A DNA stretch of 64,000 bases from Escherichia phage AV109. Position numbers and translations under genes: made by a program. This document shows, in pieces, positions 32,823 to 42,953 of this stretch (within the stretch, counting starts at the first letter, position 1; every line of letters starts with the position of its first letter). The DNA is taken from sequence record OR352939.1; one strand, 5' to 3'. The notes under the pieces were generated by a model. That model had not been told where the DNA came from and did not search any database. It was given only the letters and a program-made list of their open reading frames with translations.

Positions 32823-33188
32823 TTAGATATCAAACTCGTTAAGAACTACATCAAAGATTGCTTCAAGATGTTCAGGTTTAGCTCGGTTACTCAGGATATG
32901 ACGAATCCAAGTTTTAACTAAGAGTTTACGATTATCACCGTTCCAACAAGGATGAGTGCCTAAATCGCGTTCACGGAAATCATCATCTAAAGCGATTTTA
33001 AAGTTGGAACCTTCCTTAGTGATTGAAAGAGTGATACCGTTTTCAAATCGCATATAAACGTAGTTAGGAGTCATGCACTGCTCGATTTCACATACTGAAC
33101 CGTTTTCATGTTTCCACAAGCAAACCATGTCGATAGAACCAGCGATACCGTTAGAAACATATTTACGTTCGAAGTTGATGTAGTTCAT
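32823..33188 (-). CDS. hypothetical protein
   Basis: 121-aa ORF with early promoter and GGAG SD upstream. Confidence 0.55.
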   Translation of the reverse strand: MNYINFERKYVSNGIAGSIDMVCLWKHENGSVCEIEQCMTPNYVYMRFENGITLSITKEGSNFKIALDDDFRERDLGTHPCWNGDNRKLLVKTWIRHILSNRAKPEHLEAIFDVVLNEFDI

Positions 33189-33229
33189 TTTATTCTCCGG
33201 TTGTTTTATTGATTAGGTGGTACAAGTCT

Positions 33230-33258
33230 ATAGTAACACATCCTACAGGAGAGTAAAC
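33230..33258 (-). promoter_or_regulatory. T4-type early promoter (-35 GTTTAC, 17-nt spacer, extended -10 TGnTACTAT)
   Basis: repeat-family promoter downstream of the terminator hairpin. Confidence 0.55.
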
Positions 33259-33294
33259 ATCTTTTTAAACTTTTTCTGCCCTAAACGCACAAAA

Positions 33295-33312
33295 GGGAGA
33301 CCGAAGTCTCCC
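33295..33312 (-). terminator. terminator hairpin GGGAGAC-CGAA-GTCTCCC (UUCG loop in minus-strand RNA)
   Basis: perfect 7-bp stem followed on the minus strand by U4; exact copy of the hairpins at 50167 and 59165. Confidence 0.5.
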
Positions 33313-33317
33313 TAAAA

Positions 33318-33497
33318 TTATGCAACAACCTTTCCAAAACGAGAAGCATCATCTCGAAGAACTGCACGTGCTCTGCGCATGATCTTCTCAACGGTTTGAT
33401 TAATACGAGAGTTCGACCCACGCTTGTATCCAGCGCGTTTAGAGGTACCATCAACTTTCTTTTCAACTGCTTTCTTTGCTTTAGCTTGTTTTGCCAT
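33318..33497 (-). CDS. small basic protein (59 aa, Lys/Arg/Ala-rich)
   Basis: below ORF-track cutoff; AT-rich third codon positions, unlike the overlapping 61-aa track ORF in another frame; weak SD AAGAG. Confidence 0.4.
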   Translation of the reverse strand: MAKQAKAKKAVEKKVDGTSKRAGYKRGSNSRINQTVEKIMRRARAVLRDDASRFGKVVA

Positions 33498-33660
33498 TAT
33501 AAATTCTCTTTAAATGAAAATGCAGGACTTATTGACATTGCCTGCTCAAGCCCTCAATGGGAACATAGGTTTTGGATATTTAACGACAGGATAACCATAA
33601 ACCCGTCATCATACCTACCATGACTTACACAGCTAACCTTTTGCTGACGCATGATAGCAA

Positions 33661-33909
33661 TTATTTCAAAGTAATAACAAAATGACGTACTGCTTTACGA
33701 GCTGCAGAAGCCAAAGGCTTAGCATATTTCAGTTCATCTTTTGCTTCCAGTTCAGAAGCCAAAGCTGCCTGGACCGGGTTCAGATGTTTGAAATAACGCA
33801 AGATTTCCAGTGCTTCGGCTTCAACATCAATCGACGCGCCGTAGTTTTCATGACCATTATTCCATGCGTTTCGTTGCAGTTCAAGAGCGTGTTGTAATTG
33901 TTTAATCAT
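33661..33909 (-). CDS. rIII: lysis inhibition accessory protein RIII
   Basis: 82 aa, same length and position as T4 rIII (next to gene 31). Confidence 0.85.
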   Translation of the reverse strand: MIKQLQHALELQRNAWNNGHENYGASIDVEAEALEILRYFKHLNPVQAALASELEAKDELKYAKPLASAARKAVRHFVITLK

Positions 33910-34025
33910 TTTAAATTCTCAATTCGAGATAATATTTAGTAGCCACGTTCGTCTGAATTTCACCTTCTTTCGACAAGTCTCTCAGTTGTAGGCTACCGCT
34001 TAGAAGAGTGTTCTCTTCATATAGT

Positions 34026-34033
34026 TATTTATA
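34026..34033 (-). promoter_or_regulatory. candidate T4-type late promoter (TATAAATA on minus strand) upstream of rIII
   Basis: plus-strand TATTTATA directly after the gene 31 stop, about 117 nt upstream of the rIII ATG. Confidence 0.4.
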
Positions 34034-34366
34034 TCACTTATAAAGACACGGAATAGCTTTATAGTGGCATGTTACGAATTTCTGTTTAATTTCTTTAGGT
34101 TGTTTAAGTCCCAAAGCCACAAATGGATGTGGAACATTTCGAATTTGTCCAACTGGTAGTGGAGTCAAATCACCGACTTCAACAAAACCTTCAGGAACAT
34201 CAGGACCTACAGAATGAACTACACATAGTTCAGGAACTTCACCTTGAACACGTTTACCAATCACAAGTCCTGATTCGGTAACTTCTTCATCACCTGCTTG
34301 AGCGGGTTCAGAAACCAGAATGACATATTCACCAACAGCACGAATTGGGAGTTGTACTTCAGACAT
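34034..34366 (-). CDS. 31: co-chaperonin for GroEL (T4 gp31-like)
   Basis: 110 aa; sequence matches recalled T4 gp31. Confidence 0.9.
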   Translation of the reverse strand: MSEVQLPIRAVGEYVILVSEPAQAGDEEVTESGLVIGKRVQGEVPELCVVHSVGPDVPEGFVEVGDLTPLPVGQIRNVPHPFVALGLKQPKEIKQKFVTCHYKAIPCLYK

Positions 34367-34395
34367 CTTATTTCCTTGTTGTTTGACGATAGATT

Positions 34396-34420
34396 AATAA
34401 TACCATACTATTCGTAAAGC
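34396..34420 (-). promoter_or_regulatory. MotA-dependent middle promoter for gene 31
   Basis: minus-strand ATGCTTTA (MotA box), 12-nt spacer, TATTAT. Confidence 0.5.
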
Positions 34421-34423
34421 ATA

Positions 34424-34720
34424 TTACATAAGAAGCAAACGTTCTACCGGAGTACCATCAACCGAAATTACTTTATCAAGGCGGAAAGAACGCCACTGAC
34501 CTAACTCGGTATCGAATGCTCGAACTGATTCACGAGGTTCAGAACGAACTTCTGTTGATGGGTTACTATTTTCATATTTGACTTCAAGTTCGTCGCGGGA
34601 AGCAAACATCGTACGAACATCACCGTTAGCCTTTTCAAATACAACACAATGAACGCCTACAGACAGAATAGTTTTAATACATTCACGAAGAACCATAGTT
34701 TCTTGTTCAGTTAAAATCAT
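34424..34720 (-). CDS. hypothetical protein (31.1-like position)
   Basis: ORF track starts at a GTG at 34732; the ATG at 34720 overlaps the cd stop. Confidence 0.5.
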   Translation of the reverse strand: MILTEQETMVLRECIKTILSVGVHCVVFEKANGDVRTMFASRDELEVKYENSNPSTEVRSEPRESVRAFDTELGQWRSFRLDKVISVDGTPVERLLLM

Positions 34721-34721
34721 A

Positions 34722-35303
34722 TTATTCACCACAAAAGTTTCGAATTTGTTCCCAATTCAGAGAACGAAGATTATTACGAGAGTACTGAATTACTTCAATA
34801 CCGGCTTTTTTTAGAATGTCTGCCCAATTTTCAGGAGATCGGTCATATAATTCTGCATATACAACCTTTTTAATACCTGACTGTGTAATAGCTTTAGTGC
34901 AATCAGGACATGGAGAAAGCGTCGTATACAACGTAGCACCTTCAATAGAATTACCTTTACGAGCTGCAAACAAAATTGCATTCAATTCCGCATGGATTTC
35001 GTTATTAGCAGACCATGCACTATGAGCGGCCCGATGTTCTTTAGCCAAAACAAAATTATCCACCCGTCCAAATGCTGTAGTGCCTTCTTTATGCCCAGCA
35101 ACGATGACCGGGCTTGGTTTATTCTTCAACCAACCATTTTCGGATGCATGTTCGCAACAGTTTGTACCACCTGAAGGAGAGCCATTATAACCTGTAGAAA
35201 TAATGCGTCCATCTTTTTCAATGACGGCGCCAACTTTCCATGAACAACATTTTGATTCTTGAGAAATCAGATAAGCAATCTGAAGATATGTGCTAGCTTT
35301 CAT
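34722..35303 (-). CDS. cd: dCMP deaminase
   Basis: 193 aa; zinc-binding HAE...PCxxC motifs (EIHAELNAI, SPCPDCTKAI); same length as T4 Cd. Confidence 0.93.
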   Translation of the reverse strand: MKASTYLQIAYLISQESKCCSWKVGAVIEKDGRIISTGYNGSPSGGTNCCEHASENGWLKNKPSPVIVAGHKEGTTAFGRVDNFVLAKEHRAAHSAWSANNEIHAELNAILFAARKGNSIEGATLYTTLSPCPDCTKAITQSGIKKVVYAELYDRSPENWADILKKAGIEVIQYSRNNLRSLNWEQIRNFCGE

Positions 35304-36295
35304 TATTGAACCTTATTAATATAAGTTAACAGCTCTTTAGTTTGTTCCCAACTGATGCACGCATCGGTAATGGAAACGCCATAGGACATATTATCAGAAA
35401 TTTTTTGATTTCCTTCATGTAGGAATGATTCTATCATAATTCCTTTGACCAAATCATTAGCTGCTAAATTTTTACCAATACCAATTTGATTGCTATAATG
35501 CCCATCAGCGTTTGCATGGCTACAGTCAACCATTACATAATGATTCAGACCTACTGCCCTTGCTTTGTTAGAAGCTTCTTGAATATCAGAAGAATGATAG
35601 TTCGGGCCGTTAGTCCCGCCACGCAATACGATATGCGTATTCTGATTACCTTCAGCTTCAACAATGCCTACAGTACCATCGACGTCCATACCCATATACC
35701 GATGAGGCCGCGCGGCACTATACATCGCGTCTGTAGCTACTTTAATAGAACCATTGGTTGCGTTCTTGAAGCCTACGCACATCGGTAGACCTGAAGCAAT
35801 TTCACGATGTGTCTGACTTTCAGTCGTACGGGCGCCAATAGCAACCCATGAGAAAATACCAGAAAGATACTTAATCGTGAATGGGTCTAATACTTCAGTT
35901 GCTAATGGAAGTCCCATACGTAGAAGTTTACGACACAATGTTCGTGCAACTATAAGACCGTGGTTCATATCAAAACTTCCGTCAAGATATGGATCATTTA
36001 CAAGACCTTTCCAACCTACGGTAGTTCGAGGCTTTTCAAAATAAACGCGCATCACTAACAGAACATTAGGAAGACGAGTTTGAAGTTCAGCCAGACGTTT
36101 GCCGTATTCAACAGCAGCAATAGGGTCATGAATTGAACAAGGACCTACAACAATAAGTTTGCGTGGGTCTTCACCGTTCATAATCGAATTAACTTGTTCG
36201 CGATGAGAAGCCACTTGTGATGCGTAAGCTTCCGACAAAGGAATAATCTCAGCCAGTTCTTTTGGAGAAATAAGTTTTCTGACGACAGGTAACAT
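35303..36295 (-). CDS. class I 3-deoxy-D-arabino-heptulosonate-7-phosphate (DAHP) synthase, AroG/AroF/AroH family
   Basis: 330 aa; long stretches identical to recalled E. coli AroG (GPCSIHDP, RVYFEKPRTTVGWKG, AIGARTTESQ, LRGG, SHAN, ESxLxEGNQ, SITDACI); SD AAGGA; stop overlaps the cd start. Confidence 0.92.
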   Translation of the reverse strand: MLPVVRKLISPKELAEIIPLSEAYASQVASHREQVNSIMNGEDPRKLIVVGPCSIHDPIAAVEYGKRLAELQTRLPNVLLVMRVYFEKPRTTVGWKGLVNDPYLDGSFDMNHGLIVARTLCRKLLRMGLPLATEVLDPFTIKYLSGIFSWVAIGARTTESQTHREIASGLPMCVGFKNATNGSIKVATDAMYSAARPHRYMGMDVDGTVGIVEAEGNQNTHIVLRGGTNGPNYHSSDIQEASNKARAVGLNHYVMVDCSHANADGHYSNQIGIGKNLAANDLVKGIMIESFLHEGNQKISDNMSYGVSITDACISWEQTKELLTYINKVQ

Positions 36296-36415
36296 AACAA
36301 TCCTTAGGAGATATAAACAGATTCTGATTCAACAATACCTTTAACCGGATTAGACAGGCTAAGTTGGTAGTGCTCAGATTTATGACCATTCTCGATAGTA
36401 ATGAGATAGCTCTCA

Positions 36416-36652
36416 TTATAGTGTTCCATATACTCGAGTTGCTTCAACAAGACCATCACTGCCTAATTTAAGATTAGTAATTTGGTCACCATCTTTAGGA
36501 TTAACGATTATGAGAAAAGAACGTGGAGATTCTTGAATAACTCGTAATGTTGCATCCTGGAAACGTTCAGACACTTTATTGATGAGTGCTTGAGCAAATT
36601 CTTTTACTTTAATCTGAAATTCGTGTACTGTAATTGGATTTTCACTTAGCAT
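36416..36652 (-). CDS. hypothetical protein
   Basis: 78-aa ORF behind an early promoter and conserved leader ATGAGGAAATCGAA. Confidence 0.5.
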   Translation of the reverse strand: MLSENPITVHEFQIKVKEFAQALINKVSERFQDATLRVIQESPRSFLIIVNPKDGDQITNLKLGSDGLVEATRVYGTL

Positions 36653-36678
36653 TTCGATTTCCTCATTTTGGTAGAGTC

Positions 36679-36708
36679 ATCATAACACAACTCTACAGTG
36701 TTGTAAAC
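36679..36708 (-). promoter_or_regulatory. T4-type early promoter (-35 GTTTAC, extended -10 TGnTATGAT)
   Basis: repeat-family promoter upstream of the 78-aa gene and DAHP synthase. Confidence 0.5.
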
Positions 36709-36984
36709 TTAAATTGCAAAACATTTAATTTCTTGTGAATCGAAATCAACTTCACACTGAATTACTAGATCAGCATCAAGTCCAAACACAACAATCACAT
36801 GAGCCGAGCTGGGCAACAACGTAACAGACACAGAATCCACTTGGTCAGGCACTAGTGTATTCAAAACGTAGAGTAGTTCAGAGTGGACCTTAAGCTCAGT
36901 AGCCGTATCCAGCTTATCAAAGAAATGATTTGCGATAATCTGACTAAAAACTACCTTTACAATTTCAGAATATTTAGGGAACAT
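36709..36984 (-). CDS. hypothetical protein
   Basis: 91-aa ORF in the pseT-cd interval. Confidence 0.5.
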   Translation of the reverse strand: MFPKYSEIVKVVFSQIIANHFFDKLDTATELKVHSELLYVLNTLVPDQVDSVSVTLLPSSAHVIVVFGLDADLVIQCEVDFDSQEIKCFAI

Positions 36985-36991
36985 AATTACC

Positions 36992-37216
36992 TCAGTGCAC
37001 AGTATTTACTTTAACTCGAACAACAAATCGCTCGGTTGGTTCACCGACGGGAACAAACTCTACATGATATTCACCTTTGTAACGAGTATTCAGATCATTA
37101 CGAATTCCTGCGAGTTTGTTGATTAATGTAGGACTCATATTAAGTCCCACTAGTTTACGAAGCATTTTGTATGCTTCATCTTCGATTTCATGATGTTTAT
37201 CGTACATAGTTTTCAT
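36992..37216 (-). CDS. hypothetical protein
   Basis: 74-aa ORF in the pseT-cd interval. Confidence 0.5.
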   Translation of the reverse strand: MKTMYDKHHEIEDEAYKMLRKLVGLNMSPTLINKLAGIRNDLNTRYKGEYHVEFVPVGEPTERFVVRVKVNTVH

Positions 37217-37387
37217 TTAACCATTCAATTGCCTGGTCGACGTTATCAAATATACCGCCGTCCAAACGTTCTTCACGCTCATAGTCCATCACATCAATAC
37301 CGAACTGTCCATTTACTAAAGGCCAGGCTACAAACAAATATTCTTTATGATGTTCGATGGCCTCAATCACTTCATATAATCGTTTCA

Positions 37388-37388
<1 letters not shown>
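37197..37388 (-). CDS. hypothetical protein
   Basis: 63-aa ORF overlapping the pseT stop. Confidence 0.45.
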
Positions 37389-38474
<1,086 letters not shown>

Positions 38475-38475
<1 letters not shown>

Positions 38476-38774
38476 TATTTTATTCCTAAGAAAGTTTCAA
38501 GAATACGAATGTTATGCTCGCGCCGGTCTTTATTAATTTCAGCAACATTTTTATTAATTGACGTACTTCTAACGTTTGAAGAAATAAATTTAATCATATG
38601 ACTTTTGAGTTGTTGCAAATCCAACCCTTTTTCTTTAGCAGCTTTACGAAGAGCTTTACCTGCTTCATCTAGTGCCTTTGCTGCATCTTTGTCATAATCG
38701 ACAAGTGACATTCCACGGCAGATATCAATATACTCATCAGACCGTTTGATGTAATTCTCTAGTAATGTTTTCAT
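38475..38774 (-). CDS. hypothetical protein
   Basis: 99-aa ORF. Confidence 0.5.
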
Positions 38775-38831
38775 TTAGATTTCCTCAATTATCCATAGGA
38801 GCATTATACTCTGCTCCCGAGAGTTTGTAAA

Positions 38832-39056
38832 CTATTTTACTAAAGATTCAATATACTCATGAAGAGCTTTAGTAGCTACTGCCCACTTATTCTGATATTC
38901 ATTTTTCAGATTAGCACGAGACTGAACTAACAAGCGGTCATTAGTCGGAGGCAAAGATTCTAATCGTTGAATCTGGCGCCCATAAATCATAGCCGCCATT
39001 TCAGATTCATAGATAAGCCCTTTAATGTATTCATGCTGTTCTTTAGTCATTGGCAT
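38832..39056 (-). CDS. hypothetical protein
   Basis: 74-aa ORF overlapping the o-spanin gene end. Confidence 0.5.
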   Translation of the reverse strand: MPMTKEQHEYIKGLIYESEMAAMIYGRQIQRLESLPPTNDRLLVQSRANLKNEYQNKWAVATKALHEYIESLVK

Positions 39057-39337
39057 TTTTCCTCTTTTAAACCACTACGATAATAACATAACATAGTCTT
39101 CTGGTCATGTACATATCTTTTTATGTCGTTTAACCAGATACGAAATTCTTGAGAGTCTTCAAATGGCATTCCAACCCATGGATTACCATCAATAACCTTT
39201 ACTTGCCATTTCTGGTTATATTCGGAAATAGGCGTAGGCCATGAAGGATGTAAAGTTTCTTTAGGGCTTAAGGGCACATCCTGGGCACATCCAGCCAAAA
39301 TGCCAATAGATAATACAACTGCGGTTAATTTAATCAT
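39047..39337 (-). CDS. outer-membrane spanin lipoprotein (o-spanin; T4 pseT.2-like)
   Basis: signal peptide with lipobox LAGC (MIKLTAVVLSIGILAGCAQ); overlaps the upstream i-spanin gene. Confidence 0.8.
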   Translation of the reverse strand: MIKLTAVVLSIGILAGCAQDVPLSPKETLHPSWPTPISEYNQKWQVKVIDGNPWVGMPFEDSQEFRIWLNDIKRYVHDQKTMLCYYRSGLKEEKCQ

Positions 39338-39690
39338 TCTGAGAGCTTCCTGAGGTCTTCTGCAAAGGAATCGAAGGACCTGTTGATTTGTTTTTCGACC
39401 AATCCTGGCTTACTTGCCACCACGTTCTTCTTCTTCGAATCCTGACGGAGCTTTTCATTTTCGGCCTTAAGTTGGTCAACTAAAACACGGTTCTTATAAG
39501 TCATTTCTTCGATTGACTGATATTGAACCTTGAAGTCGTCTAATACTTTAGCATTGTTTTTAGCGGTCTCTTTGACAGAAGCTAATTCAGTATTCAGCGA
39601 ATCGACTTTATGGTTCAGAAATGCTATTGTTACAGTAGCAACAACTGCAAAAGCTGCCACTACAATATATGATGCATTTACTTTAAGCAT
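39334..39690 (-). CDS. inner-membrane spanin (i-spanin; T4 pseT.3-like)
   Basis: N-terminal TM helix (IVVAAFAVVATVTIAF) followed by a coiled-coil-like region; paired with the lipoprotein gene. Confidence 0.7.
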   Translation of the reverse strand: MLKVNASYIVVAAFAVVATVTIAFLNHKVDSLNTELASVKETAKNNAKVLDDFKVQYQSIEEMTYKNRVLVDQLKAENEKLRQDSKKKNVVASKPGLVEKQINRSFDSFAEDLRKLSE

Positions 39691-40178
39691 GTTTGAATAA
39701 TCTCAATGATTTCGTCTCGGGATAATCCATTGATAAGAACTGTTTTAGGCCCGTCAGTTTGGATTTTGTATGATTCAAACAATACACACAACTCTTCTGC
39801 TGTATGATATGGGCTTGAGATTCCGAGACGGTTAAATTTGTCGGTAAGAGGGTCGCAAATAATATAGAATTTGATACCTGCGATATGTACGTTTGGTTGA
39901 CTAATATTAATGAACACATTAGCGTCATATTTAGTCAAATTGTTTTGAAGAAATTCTACCATAGAATTAACTGCTTCTGGCATCGCTTCGCGTTTCTCTT
40001 CAGCGTATCGGGTTGAATACTCTTTTTGTTTTACTTTCTTTTTAAGATTTTTGGCCAGTGTAACACGTAGGTCAGTAAGATAACCAACTGGACGTCCTTT
40101 CTTAAAGACCCGGATTCCGTCAGTTGTGTCTCCAAAAGCGTTTACGACCATATCGTTAGTAATCAATTGCATATTCAT
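39678..40178 (-). CDS. alc: Alc-like protein (inhibitor of host transcription)
   Basis: position between the spanin pair and rnlA as T4 alc; start moved from track 40220 to the ATG after GAGGAG, giving ~166 aa (T4 Alc ~167 aa). Confidence 0.7.
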   Translation of the reverse strand: MNMQLITNDMVVNAFGDTTDGIRVFKKGRPVGYLTDLRVTLAKNLKKKVKQKEYSTRYAEEKREAMPEAVNSMVEFLQNNLTKYDANVFINISQPNVHIAGIKFYIICDPLTDKFNRLGISSPYHTAEELCVLFESYKIQTDGPKTVLINGLSRDEIIEIIQTCLK

Positions 40179-40207
40179 AATTTTCTCCTCGTGTTGTTGA
40201 TAAACCC

Positions 40208-40237
40208 ATAGTATCACCATCCTTGGTGTTTGTAAAC
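40208..40237 (-). promoter_or_regulatory. T4-type early promoter (-35 GTTTAC, extended -10 TGnTACTAT)
   Basis: repeat-family promoter directly after the rnlA stop. Confidence 0.55.
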
Positions 40238-40239
40238 CG

Positions 40240-41373
<1,134 letters not shown>

Positions 41374-41421
41374 TCAGTTAGTTTTTTTTTAAATTGTACC
41401 ACAATCCTTGTGGTATGTAAA

Positions 41422-41832
41422 CTACTTTTTCTTATGTTGGATATTCCAAGGCGGGTTGAACTTTTTGATAAAAAGTGGTTCTTCAAGGTCCATTGTTGCG
41501 ATGGTCATTGAACCAAGTTCGTTGGTGACTGAAAGGTCAAAACATTGGCGGGCCCAGAATTCAACCTTTTTGCCTTGCATTAAGGCATCCAAAATCATAA
41601 GTGATTTTCTTGAATCTGAAGTCTGGTCTTTTCGATTTATGGCTGTTCGATAATAGTTAATGCGTTTCTTTAAATTCTTGGTTTTACCAATATACACAAG
41701 TTCGTCATCTATAGCAATAGCATATATAACATTTTTCTTATTAGGGGCATCAATGGTTTTAATTGTTGCATCTTCTAATAGCTCCAATTCTATATATTTA
41801 ATAAAGGAATATTCGGCGGCAATATCTTTCAT
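41422..41832 (-). CDS. denA: endonuclease II (GIY-YIG-like)
   Basis: 136 aa, same length and position as T4 DenA; VIYAIAIDDELVYIGKTKNLKKR motif. Confidence 0.85.
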   Translation of the reverse strand: MKDIAAEYSFIKYIELELLEDATIKTIDAPNKKNVIYAIAIDDELVYIGKTKNLKKRINYYRTAINRKDQTSDSRKSLMILDALMQGKKVEFWARQCFDLSVTNELGSMTIATMDLEEPLFIKKFNPPWNIQHKKK

Positions 41833-41840
41833 AATAAAGT

Positions 41841-41854
41841 GGGACCGAAGTCCC
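41841..41854 (-). terminator. stem-loop GGGAC-CGAA-GTCCC between nrdB and denA
   Basis: 5-bp GC stem; weak U-tract. Confidence 0.3.
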
Positions 41855-41858
41855 GTCC

Positions 41859-42361
41859 TTAGAAATATTTTTTGTATGAATTGATTACATTTTGGTCTAC
41901 ATCATTATCAATTTGTGCGACAAGATAAGAACTGATTTCAACTTCCTGAGGAGCTGCTTGAACTAAATCAGAGTTCAGATATTCACGAATCCAAGGATAA
42001 GGATGTTTGGTCGGAGCATCAGTAATTGGACACGGCAAACCACACTGTTTCATACGAGACACAGTCAAGTAATCAACAAAAGCACACATACTCTGTGTAT
42101 TGATACCTGGACATGTACCGTCTTTAAAGAGGTGTGCAGCCCATTCCTTCTCTTGACTATTTACTTCCATAAAAATGTCAACTGCTTCTTGTTCACATTC
42201 TTTAGCAATTTGAACCCACTCATCACCATCAGTACCGGATTGAAGTTGACGGATAATGTACTGAGTACCCTTGAGATGGAGTTGTTCGTCACGAGCAATG
42301 AACTTCATAATCTTTGCATTGCCTTCCATAATTTCCATATTCTTATGGAAATTAAATGTAC
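41859..42361 (-). CDS. nrdB: ribonucleotide reductase small subunit NrdB, exon 2
   Basis: continues the NrdB sequence (..MEGNAKI..) after the intron; 3' splice site inferred after ..CGAACAUAACG, approximate. Confidence 0.85.
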
Positions 42362-42953
42362 CGTTATGTTCGATTGAGCTCGCTAATTCTCAACCCGTTC
42401 TCTTATGAACTGCTGCATATTACTATGCAGACCAGACTATATCACAATCCCGGAGGGATTCTCCCCATTTCGAGTCGCTTGACCCTACGTCCGAAGACTA
42501 GTCGTTGAACCTTGCTTTGCAATTGTCGCCGTGCCATCGTTTATATGTCGATGGTGATAAATCTTTCTTTTCACAATATGGACAATTCAATTGAATTCTA
42601 TTTGGATTTAATTTGCATCTGTCATTATGTTTTAGATAAAACCCAGGACCTTTACCAATGTGACCGCAGAAATCACATGTGATTTCTTTTTGTGCAGGAT
42701 GGGTTCCGTTCTTAACCATTTCTAATGTTTTTGCTGATGTTCTTCCATCAGAATCTTTAGGTATAGGCCCGTTAGCATCCATCCAAATTTTTCTATAATT
42801 CAATTGTGCATCCTCTTAAAAGTATAATCATATTTATTTTATAATATACTAATTAAAGGTGCAAGCAAAACCTTGGCTGCTAGTTTTCCTATAAAGGACT
42901 TTCCAGCAATTAAAGGAGTTTTCGATAAACGTTACCGTTTAAAGGCGCATTTT
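42362..42953 (-). mobile_element. group I intron in nrdB (about 592 nt) with degenerate homing-endonuclease ORF
   Basis: NrdB reading frame interrupted by an in-frame stop right after ..YVSFA; intron core shares conserved segments with the td intron; splice sites inferred. Confidence 0.8.
42498..42803 (-). CDS. intron-encoded ORF, probable degenerate HNH homing endonuclease (I-TevIII-like remnant)
   Basis: 101 aa; N-terminal WMDANGPIPKD resembles HNH endonuclease starts but lacks an intact HNH motif; Cys-rich Zn-finger-like C-terminus. Confidence 0.55.
   Translation of the reverse strand: MNYRKIWMDANGPIPKDSDGRTSAKTLEMVKNGTHPAQKEITCDFCGHIGKGPGFYLKHNDRCKLNPNRIQLNCPYCEKKDLSPSTYKRWHGDNCKARFND

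Noticed and set aside
33281-33466. 61-aa minus-strand ORF from the track
   Set aside because: It overlaps the 59-aa basic ORF in a different frame, has GC-rich wobble positions atypical for this genome and no SD; the other frame is preferred.
40179-40220. N-terminal extensions of track ORFs for alc (to 40220), the 26354 gene (to 26719), the 11042 gene (to 11323), I-TevI (to 48112), the HNH gene (to 46589) and frd.1 (to 49685)
   Set aside because: The extensions begin at GTG/TTG or at an ATG lying inside the conserved early-promoter leader (..CAACATGAGGA..) and precede a proper SD+ATG; starts were moved downstream.
42003-42377. 124-aa plus-strand ORF
   Set aside because: Antisense to nrdB exon 2 and the intron 3' end; no independent support.
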